Positions 9,534 to 16,715 of a DNA stretch of 64,000 bases are shown one piece after another. The notes below the pieces were generated by a model. It made no database searches. It was given only the letters and a program-made list of their open reading frames with translations, and had not been told where the DNA came from. Each line of letters starts with the position of its first letter. The stretch's first letter is position 1. Origin of the DNA: Bacteroidota bacterium. Its GTDB lineage: Bacteria > Bacteroidota > Bacteroidia > NS11-12g > UBA955. The stretch spans positions 74,788-138,787 of the forward strand of contig CANMBF010000002.1 of the NCBI GenBank assembly GCA_947496065.1, given 5' to 3'. The position numbers and the translations under genes are program-made.

Positions 9534-9566
9534 AAAAAAAACCATCTGCTTTTAGCGAATGGTTTT
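9534..9566 (-). terminator. Candidate intrinsic terminator of the atp operon
   Basis: On the minus strand AAAACCAT-(13-nt loop)-ATGGTTTT runs into a T-run of 8, starting 25 nt downstream of the atpG stop. The stem is AT-rich. Confidence 0.45.
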
Positions 9567-9590
9567 CATTAATTATTTTATTAAGAATTA

Positions 9591-10466
9591 TTAGCCGTTC
9601 AATGCGGCTGCACCACCCACGATTTCGGAAATCTCGTTGGTAATGGCTGCTTGTCTTGCACGGTTGTATTGCAATTTCAATTGTTTTAATATTTCACCTG
9701 CGTTATCAGTTGCTTTGTCCATAGAGATCATTCGCGCACCGTGTTCGCTGGCGAATGAATCCAATAAGCTTCTGTACAATTGGGTTTTAACAGCTCTTGG
9801 AATTAACTCCTCCAATATTTCGACTTTGTTTGGTTCGAACAAATAATCGTTATTGGTAGATTTCTTTCCGACAGCTATGCTCACCGGCAACATTTGTTCA
9901 TTGCTAATAATTTGTGTGGCCGCATTCTTGAATTTATTATAAATCACTTCCACTTGATTGTATTCACCTGAAAGGTATTTGTCTAAAATAAAATCGCCGA
10001 TTTGAAAAACATTTTCAGCATTCAAATTAGCAAAAGTTTGCATGTAAGTCGTATTAACAGGCAGGTTATATTTTCTTAAAGACTCGAAACCTTTTTTACC
10101 TACAAATAAAAATTCAACTTTATTTTTTTTCGCTAGTTCTGCGTAATCAGTTTCAATAAGCAATTTTGCTCTTTTGATAACATTGGCATTAAAACCACCG
10201 CATAAACCTCTATCACTGGTAACCACTACCAATAAAACCTTTTCAATTTTAGGGGCTTTAAAGAACTTCGCTAATTTTTCGTCATCGACACTGTCAGCCA
10301 AATTTTGCAAAATACTGTTTAATTTATCTGCGTAAGGGCGCATTTGAAAAATAGCACTCTGGGCCTTTCTCAACTTAGTAGCAGATACCAATTTCATTGC
10401 TTTGGTAATCTGTTGGGTTGAAATGGTAGAGCTTATTCTGCTTCTTACTTCTTTTAAATTAGCCAT
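9591..10466 (-). CDS. atpG: F1 ATP synthase gamma subunit
   Basis: 291 aa. MANLKEVRSRISSTISTQQITKAMKLVSATKLRKAQ and the C-terminal ITNEISEIVGGAAAL are canonical gamma blocks. Confidence 0.95.
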   Translation of the reverse strand: MANLKEVRSRISSTISTQQITKAMKLVSATKLRKAQSAIFQMRPYADKLNSILQNLADSVDDEKLAKFFKAPKIEKVLLVVVTSDRGLCGGFNANVIKRAKLLIETDYAELAKKNKVEFLFVGKKGFESLRKYNLPVNTTYMQTFANLNAENVFQIGDFILDKYLSGEYNQVEVIYNKFKNAATQIISNEQMLPVSIAVGKKSTNNDYLFEPNKVEILEELIPRAVKTQLYRSLLDSFASEHGARMISMDKATDNAGEILKQLKLQYNRARQAAITNEISEIVGGAAALNG

Positions 10467-10484
10467 GTTGTTTTACAAAAAATA

Positions 10485-12065
10485 TTAAGCGGTATAGTTA
10501 GCAGCTAACTCTTTACAAACTTGCTCTAAAGTAGCAGTAATGGTATCATCAAATTTACCTGCACCTAAACTATCAAGCGTATCTTTATGTTTGCGTTCCA
10601 TTACTTCTAAGAATTCTGCTTCAAAAGCTCTTACTTTATTGACTGGAATGCTATTCAAAGCACCTTTAGTGCCAAGATAGATAATGGCAGTTTGTTGATC
10701 AACTCTTAATGGGGCATACTGACCTTGTTTCAAAATTTCCACGTTGCGTGAACCTTTTTCCAATACAGCTTTCGTTGCAGAATCTAAGTCAGAACCGAAT
10801 TTAGCAAACGCTTCCAATTCACGGTATTGGGCTTGATCTAATTTCAAAGTACCCGCTACTTTTTTCATTGATTTGATTTGTGCATTACCACCCACACGAG
10901 ATACCGAGATACCCACGTTAATGGCAGGACGAACACCAGAGTTAAATAAGTTTGACTCCAAGAATATCTGACCATCGGTAATTGAAATTACGTTGGTTGG
11001 AATATAGGCAGACACGTCACCTGCTTGTGTTTCAATAATTGGCAATGCGGTTAATGAACCACCACCTTTAACTTTACCTTTCAATGAAGTCGGTAAATCG
11101 TTCATGTTTTGCGTAATGGCATCAGATGCGTTCAATTTACAAGCTCTCTCAAGTAAACGACTGTGTAAGTAAAACACGTCACCTGGGTAAGCCTCACGTC
11201 CTGGTGGACGTCTTAACAACAATGACACCTCACGGTAAGCCACCGCTTGTTTAGATAAATCGTCATAAACGATCAATGCTGGCAAACCTCTGTCTCTGAA
11301 GAATTCACCGATTGCAGCACCGGCCATAGGAGCAAAGAACTGCAATGGAGCTGGAGATGATGATGAAGCTGTTAATACCACAGTATATGGCATCGCACCT
11401 TTTTCTTCTAACGTTTTTACCACTTGCTTAACGGTAGATTCTTTCTGACCGATTGCAACGTAAATACAATAAACTGGTTTACCTTTTTCGTAAAATTCTT
11501 TTTGATTGATAATGGTATCAATAGCAACCGCAGTTTTACCTGTTTGTCTGTCACCGATGATCAACTCACGTTGACCTCTACCAATTGGAATCATTGCGTC
11601 AATCGATTTGATACCTGTTTGCAAAGGTTCTTTTACTGGCTCACGAAACAATACGCCTGGTGCTTTACGCTCCAATGGCATTTCGAACATTTCGCCTGTC
11701 AAAGGGCCTTTACCATCAATTGGTTCGCCGAGCGTATTGATAACACGGCCTAACATGCCCTCTGTAACATTAATCGAAGCGATTTTACCAGTTCTGCGAA
11801 CGGTATCACCTTCTTTGATTAAAGTACTGCTACCGAACAATACGGCACCAATGTTATCTTCTTCAAGGTTCAATACAATGGCTTTCATGCCATTTTCAAA
11901 TTCAATCAATTCACCTGATTGAACCTGGGTAAGACCGTGGATACGGGCAATACCATCACCTACTTGAAGCACAGTACCTACTTGTTCTAGTTCGGCTTCT
12001 GTTTTAAAGTTTGTTATCTGTTGTTTCAGAATTGCTGAAACTTCATCAGGTCTAATTTCTGCCAT
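10485..12065 (-). CDS. atpA: F1 ATP synthase alpha subunit
   Basis: 526 aa with Walker A GDRQTGKT plus conserved alpha-subunit blocks throughout. Confidence 0.97.
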   Translation of the reverse strand: MAEIRPDEVSAILKQQITNFKTEAELEQVGTVLQVGDGIARIHGLTQVQSGELIEFENGMKAIVLNLEEDNIGAVLFGSSTLIKEGDTVRRTGKIASINVTEGMLGRVINTLGEPIDGKGPLTGEMFEMPLERKAPGVLFREPVKEPLQTGIKSIDAMIPIGRGQRELIIGDRQTGKTAVAIDTIINQKEFYEKGKPVYCIYVAIGQKESTVKQVVKTLEEKGAMPYTVVLTASSSSPAPLQFFAPMAGAAIGEFFRDRGLPALIVYDDLSKQAVAYREVSLLLRRPPGREAYPGDVFYLHSRLLERACKLNASDAITQNMNDLPTSLKGKVKGGGSLTALPIIETQAGDVSAYIPTNVISITDGQIFLESNLFNSGVRPAINVGISVSRVGGNAQIKSMKKVAGTLKLDQAQYRELEAFAKFGSDLDSATKAVLEKGSRNVEILKQGQYAPLRVDQQTAIIYLGTKGALNSIPVNKVRAFEAEFLEVMERKHKDTLDSLGAGKFDDTITATLEQVCKELAANYTA

Positions 12066-12076
12066 GATTTATTATT

Positions 12077-12616
12077 TTATGCGATGTTTAATTCTTTTTT
12101 AAGGTTTCTTAATTTAGCGGCAATACTGCTATCAAGCAAATTGTCACCAAATTTGATTACTAATCCACCAATTACGGAAGGATTAATGGTGCTGTGCAAT
12201 TCAATTGATTTTGCACCTGTTTTATCCATTACAAATTGTTTAATGCTTTGCAAGGTTTTTTCATCTGCAACAACTGCAGATTCTATATGAACTTTCTGAA
12301 TTCCTTGGTGAGCTCTATAAGCCGAAAGAAAAGATTCAGCAATTTCTGCTAAAACATTTTCTCTACTTTTAGAACAAACCAATGCCATCAAATTAATCGT
12401 CAATGCATCGAAATTTTTGAAAATAGTTTTCAAAGCCATCAACTTCTGATCCCCATTGATAATGGGATTTGACAAAACATTTCTAAGATCTTTACTTGAC
12501 TGACAAGTATCGAGAAGTGTTTGCATATTATCTGCAACGACTGATAATTTATTATCAGCAATGGCTTGTTGAATCAGTGCTTGTGCGTATCGATTGGCTA
12601 TTTTAATTTCTGACAT
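12077..12616 (-). CDS. atpH: F1 ATP synthase delta (OSCP) subunit
   Basis: 179 aa with N-terminal RYAQAL and C-terminal GGLVIKFGDNLLDSSI OSCP pattern. Position between atpF and atpA. Confidence 0.9.
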   Translation of the reverse strand: MSEIKIANRYAQALIQQAIADNKLSVVADNMQTLLDTCQSSKDLRNVLSNPIINGDQKLMALKTIFKNFDALTINLMALVCSKSRENVLAEIAESFLSAYRAHQGIQKVHIESAVVADEKTLQSIKQFVMDKTGAKSIELHSTINPSVIGGLVIKFGDNLLDSSIAAKLRNLKKELNIA

Positions 12617-12619
12617 TGA

Positions 12620-13129
12620 TTAAGCGATCGCTTGTTGATTATTGTTAAGATTATTAACTTGACTAACTATTATAGCTTGTTGATCTGCATTATTTGACAA
12701 TTGATTACTGATCAGTTTTTCAGCAATACTAACTGATAGGGTAGCTACCTGACCTTTCAATTCTGCAATAGCATTTTGCTTTTGCTTATTGATTTCTTCG
12801 GTTGCTCTCTGAATCATGCGTTTACCCTCTCCCTCTGCAGATTTTTTAGCTTCCGCAATGATACCATCTTTCATTACTTTGGCCTCTTTTAATATTTGGT
12901 CGCGTTCTTCACGGGCCTGTTTGTGTAAAGCTTCGTTATCGCTTTGCAATTTGGCCATTTGCTCACGCGCATATTCCGCAGATTTAAGCGCTTCCTCTAT
13001 AGAATGCTCTCTTTCGTGCAATGCGGTTAAGATTGGTTTCCATGCAAATTTTTTCAATAGAAATAATAATAATCCGAAGACTATTACCATCCAGAAAAGA
13101 AGTCCTAAACCTGGGGTTACAAATTCCAT
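12620..13129 (-). CDS. atpF: Fo ATP synthase b subunit
   Basis: 169 aa with a single N-terminal TM helix, then a long charged helix (KPILTALHEREHSIEEALKSAE...). Operon position supports the call. Confidence 0.9.
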   Translation of the reverse strand: MEFVTPGLGLLFWMVIVFGLLLFLLKKFAWKPILTALHEREHSIEEALKSAEYAREQMAKLQSDNEALHKQAREERDQILKEAKVMKDGIIAEAKKSAEGEGKRMIQRATEEINKQKQNAIAELKGQVATLSVSIAEKLISNQLSNNADQQAIIVSQVNNLNNNQQAIA

Positions 13130-13200
13130 TTTTTTGTTATATTAATTTATTTAATCGTTTTTAATCGCAATAATGCTGCTTATCGGTTTTAATTTTTTTT

Positions 13201-13229
13201 AACAAGGGAATGCTAAACACTCCCTTGTT
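13201..13229. other. Perfect 9-bp hairpin in the 123-nt atpE-atpF spacer
   Basis: AACAAGGGA-(11 nt)-TCCCTTGTT. In operon (minus) orientation it is followed by an A-run rather than a U-run, so it is not a canonical terminator. Confidence 0.5.
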
Positions 13230-13252
13230 TCAAAACCTTTTTTGGGATATTC

Positions 13253-13534
<282 letters not shown>

Positions 13535-14755
13535 TTAATGGTGTTCTTCTGCATGGTGATGCTCTTCAACTGCAGCACCGATGTATAATGATGTTAGCAA
13601 AGTGAATACATAAGCTTGAAGGAATGCAACAAGCAATTCAAGGAAACTCATGAACAATGTAAATGCTACAGAAAGTATTGAAGTTCCGTATCCTGCTGCA
13701 ACATTCTTTTCACCGAATATGAATATCAGACTGAAGAAACCGAGCATGATAATGTGACCTGCCGTAATGTTAGCAAACAAACGAAGCATAAGCACGAAAG
13801 GTTTCAGAATGACCCCGAAAAGTTCTATTGGTATTAAAAGTATCCATAAAGCAAGTGGCACATCTGGCATAAAAATATGTTTCCAATAATATTTATTCGC
13901 TGAAAAATTAACCACTATAAATACAATGAGCGCAAGCACGAGTGTCACTGCTATGTTCCCAGTTAAATTAGCACCAAAAGGCGCAATAGGAATCAATCCT
14001 AAAAGGTTGTTAATGAAGATAAAAAAGAAAATAGTCAGTAACATCGGCAAAAATTTAGCATGGTGCTTAACACCTACTGATGGAATAACTACTTCGTCTT
14101 TAATAAACAATATTAGTGGCTCTATTAAGGACTGCAGGCCTTTAGGGGCTTTATTTCCTCTGTTTTTGTAGGCCTTTGCAACTGAAAAGAATATGAGCAA
14201 TATAATAATGGCTCCAATAAACATGGCCATTACATTTTTTGTAATTGAGAAATCTAAAGGTTTTGCGTTTAGTATGGTTTCATTATCTCCTAGTTCAATT
14301 GCGCCATTGGCATCTGTTTTGAATACTTTCCCTTCGTGAAGTTTGTAAAAGTTACCTTTGCTTTCAACCGTTGCATGTCCATGCTTAAACTTAGAGGACA
14401 TAAAAACATGTAATCCGTTATCGTATAAAATAACTGGAAGTGGAATACTTACTGCATGGCCGTGGTAATCTAAAATATGCCAATCGTGCGCATCTTTAAC
14501 GTGCTCCAAAATCATTTTACCCGGATTGAAACCCTCGTGGGCTTCTTCATGAGCAACCGGTTGTGCATGTTCCTCATCATTGGATGAATCTACAGCAATT
14601 ATGTGTTCGGTAGATTTAATTTCTGTATTTTTAGCATTTCCAACCTCATTCGCAAATGAAAAAATGGGTGAAAAAAGCGTAAAAACAGAAATCAGAACAA
14701 ATAATTGCAGTTTAGTTAAAATTGAATATCCTTTATTTTCGGGCATCGTCACCAT
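13535..14755 (-). CDS. atpB: Fo ATP synthase a subunit with a long N-terminal extension and a His-rich C-terminal tail
   Basis: The C-terminal half carries the a-subunit core (LRLFANITAGHIIM, with the essential Arg). The start is ambiguous: ATG at 14755 (MVTMPENK) or 14746, and the ORF-track start 14854 lies deep inside the upstream gene. Tail is EEHHHAEEHH. Confidence 0.9.
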   Translation of the reverse strand: MVTMPENKGYSILTKLQLFVLISVFTLFSPIFSFANEVGNAKNTEIKSTEHIIAVDSSNDEEHAQPVAHEEAHEGFNPGKMILEHVKDAHDWHILDYHGHAVSIPLPVILYDNGLHVFMSSKFKHGHATVESKGNFYKLHEGKVFKTDANGAIELGDNETILNAKPLDFSITKNVMAMFIGAIIILLIFFSVAKAYKNRGNKAPKGLQSLIEPLILFIKDEVVIPSVGVKHHAKFLPMLLTIFFFIFINNLLGLIPIAPFGANLTGNIAVTLVLALIVFIVVNFSANKYYWKHIFMPDVPLALWILLIPIELFGVILKPFVLMLRLFANITAGHIIMLGFFSLIFIFGEKNVAAGYGTSILSVAFTLFMSFLELLVAFLQAYVFTLLTSLYIGAAVEEHHHAEEHH

Positions 14756-15143
14756 TTTTATCTTTTTCTGAATTGGTGCGCAATTTAGCAAGGATAAATT
14801 GAATTTCAAAGCCCGTATAAATAAAATATGTAATAAGCATAAAAACCACTGCAAATTTATTTGGTATTTGACTAACTTTCAAATAAATAACGATAAAAAT
14901 TAATGCTAAAATCATTTTCAATCCCATTGATCCAAAATAAATGGCATTAAATTTCGATTGAGAAACATTTACAGCACCGGAAATTTTGCGCATTGCAAAT
15001 AATGTATTGAACAAAAAAATTAGAATACTGCTGATGATCCAATATTTATCATTCCAAAGAAATTTTCCATTTGGCAAAACCATTGCAATTAGAAACAGAA
15101 ACGCGGTTACCAAAAAGATTTGTAATTTTTGATTCTTCATCAT
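14733..15143 (-). CDS. Small 4-TM membrane protein of unknown function between AtpZ and atpB (possible protein-I-like accessory subunit)
   Basis: 136-aa hydrophobic ORF. Has an ATGA overlap with the upstream AtpZ gene and overlaps the atpB start. No motif that I recognise. Confidence 0.55.
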   Translation of the reverse strand: MMKNQKLQIFLVTAFLFLIAMVLPNGKFLWNDKYWIISSILIFLFNTLFAMRKISGAVNVSQSKFNAIYFGSMGLKMILALIFIVIYLKVSQIPNKFAVVFMLITYFIYTGFEIQFILAKLRTNSEKDKNGDDARK

Positions 15144-15337
15144 AGTTTTTTCATAATATAATACATGGAGGTGAAAATTCCGAGAAACACACCTGTAAGT
15201 GTAAAGACAGGAAATTTAAAAACGAATAATTTATCTAAGTATTTGCCCCCAAATGTCAGAATTGTAATAATGGCAGCCATTTGAATGGCAATGGTTGAAT
15301 ATTTACCATAATCTGAAAGCGGGCTTTTTTTTTGCAA
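15140..15337 (-). CDS. AtpZ/AtpI family protein
   Basis: 65 aa and 2 TM. The YGKYSTIAIQMAAIITILTFGGKYLDK pattern resembles the AtpZ/AtpI family. Located directly upstream of the Fo genes. Confidence 0.7.
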   Translation of the reverse strand: MQKKSPLSDYGKYSTIAIQMAAIITILTFGGKYLDKLFVFKFPVFTLTGVFLGIFTSMYYIMKKL

Positions 15338-15346
15338 TGTTAAAAA

Positions 15347-15733
15347 TTAGCTATCTGTTATATCATTGGCTTTGTGCATGTAACAATTGCCATTAAACAC
15401 CGCACCACTTTCGATGATAATTTTGGCTGTTTTAATATTCCCATTGATTTTGGCTGTTGCTCTTAAAAACAATGTTTCGGCAATTTCAACATCCCCATCA
15501 ATTTTACCAGAAATATCAGCACTTCTTGCAATGGTATTGCCAATAATTTCGGCACTAGCGCCCAATGCAATTTTTGATTTTGAAATAACATTGCCATGAA
15601 TTTTTCCATCGACTCTTAAATCACCATCAGAGGTTATATCACCTTTTACTAGTGTACGGGTGCCTATCATATTTAAGGCCAACCCTTGGTTATTATCGGA
15701 TTTGTTATTTTTGTTCAACATTTTCTTCTGCAA
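15347..15733 (-). CDS. Bactofilin (polymer-forming cytoskeletal protein, DUF583)
   Basis: 128 aa. Repetitive beta-helix pattern GDITSDGDLRVDGKIHGNV..GASAEIIGNT..ISGKIDGDVE..TAKINGNIKT..GAVFNGN. Confidence 0.85.
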   Translation of the reverse strand: MQKKMLNKNNKSDNNQGLALNMIGTRTLVKGDITSDGDLRVDGKIHGNVISKSKIALGASAEIIGNTIARSADISGKIDGDVEIAETLFLRATAKINGNIKTAKIIIESGAVFNGNCYMHKANDITDS

Positions 15734-15738
15734 TAATA

Positions 15739-16647
15739 TTAAAAAGAAATATAATTTAAAGGATTAACTGCAACACCATTGTGCCAAAGTTCAAATTTAA
15801 GTCCTTTTATTTTGCTATTATTTCCTGAGTTCCCCACAATTGAAATGGTTTCACCAGCCTTCACAAAAGCCCCAATTTCTTTATACAATTCGCCATTTTG
15901 TCTGTACGTTGACATCCAATTATTTTGGTGCTGTATACTAATAATATAGCCATATTCGGGTGTCCAGCCATTAAAAACAACTGTTCCATCCATGGCTGCT
16001 TTTACAGATTCGTCTCCATCTGTTACTATTTCTATATAAGGTGCTTTTGCTGAATTAAAGGTAGTGGATACAGTGCCATTGACAGGCGTAAAAAAAAGAA
16101 ATTCGCTCCCTAACAAATCTTGCTCAGGACTAAAATCAGCTACCCCAGTATTAACCATTGGCCGTTGTTTTTCATCCTTTTGCTTAGCACTTTCTATAAT
16201 TGAATTGGCATTTTGAACCCTATCGCCTTCTGCCTTTGTTTCGTTAATTTCAAGTTCAACTGTTCTGCTTTTGTCTACTTTATAAGGCAAATCATAAGCG
16301 GTTACCTCCTCGCCATTGATAATTTGTTTCATGGCCAATTCTCTTTTTTCGGCTATTGAAAGCTTGTTTTCAAGCTTATTTAGTTTGTTCAACACATCAT
16401 TTTTCATTTTTCCGTCAAAATTTTGTGCGTAGCCCGGTGCGTAATCTTTGACAGTAGGAAACAACGTATAAACACCCCAACTAATTAATGAAAACAATAA
16501 CAAACCTGCTGACACCACTAATATAACGTTTCCCGGAGAAAGACTTAGGGAGGTCTTTTCTTGGAAATTCGTTTCATTAATTATCAACAAGCGGTACTTG
16601 TTTTTTAACTTTAAAAGTAATTTTCTTTTCTCTTGTTTCTTTTCCAT
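15739..16647 (-). CDS. Membrane-anchored coiled-coil protein with a degenerate LytM/M23 domain (no metal-ligand motifs)
   Basis: Start taken at the ATG at 16647 (MEKKQEKRK). It has a TM helix and a coiled-coil-like region (LNKLNKLENKLSIAEKRELAMKQ). The C-terminal M23-like fold reads PVNGTVST..., DGTVVFNGW..YGYIISIQH......TYRQ...GETISIVGNSG.....LKFELWHNG..VNP. The whole protein contains only two His residues. Confidence 0.75.
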   Translation of the reverse strand: MEKKQEKRKLLLKLKNKYRLLIINETNFQEKTSLSLSPGNVILVVSAGLLLFSLISWGVYTLFPTVKDYAPGYAQNFDGKMKNDVLNKLNKLENKLSIAEKRELAMKQIINGEEVTAYDLPYKVDKSRTVELEINETKAEGDRVQNANSIIESAKQKDEKQRPMVNTGVADFSPEQDLLGSEFLFFTPVNGTVSTTFNSAKAPYIEIVTDGDESVKAAMDGTVVFNGWTPEYGYIISIQHQNNWMSTYRQNGELYKEIGAFVKAGETISIVGNSGNNSKIKGLKFELWHNGVAVNPLNYISF

Positions 16648-16671
16648 GTCAAAAATGTGCTTAGCAAATAA

Positions 16672-16679
16672 TAAATTTG
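16672..16679 (+). promoter_or_regulatory. Candidate Bacteroidota -7 box (TAAATTTG) for the TPR gene
   Basis: Exact TAnnTTTG match, 37 nt upstream of the TTG at 16716. Confidence 0.3.
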
Positions 16680-16685
16680 CGTTTT

Positions 16686-16693
16686 CAAAGTTA
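16686..16693 (-). promoter_or_regulatory. Candidate Bacteroidota -7 box (TAACTTTG) for the LytM-bactofilin-atp string
   Basis: Exact TAnnTTTG match on the minus strand, 39 nt upstream of the ATG at 16647. Confidence 0.3.
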
Positions 16694-16715
16694 CATACAA
16701 ATAAACAAGAAAAAT

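Noticed and set aside
9401-9643. 80-aa ORF spanning the GH92-atpG intergenic region.
   Set aside because: It is translated straight through two repeat hairpins and the atpG terminator candidate, and it overlaps the atpG 3' end. It has no start context and is most likely spurious.
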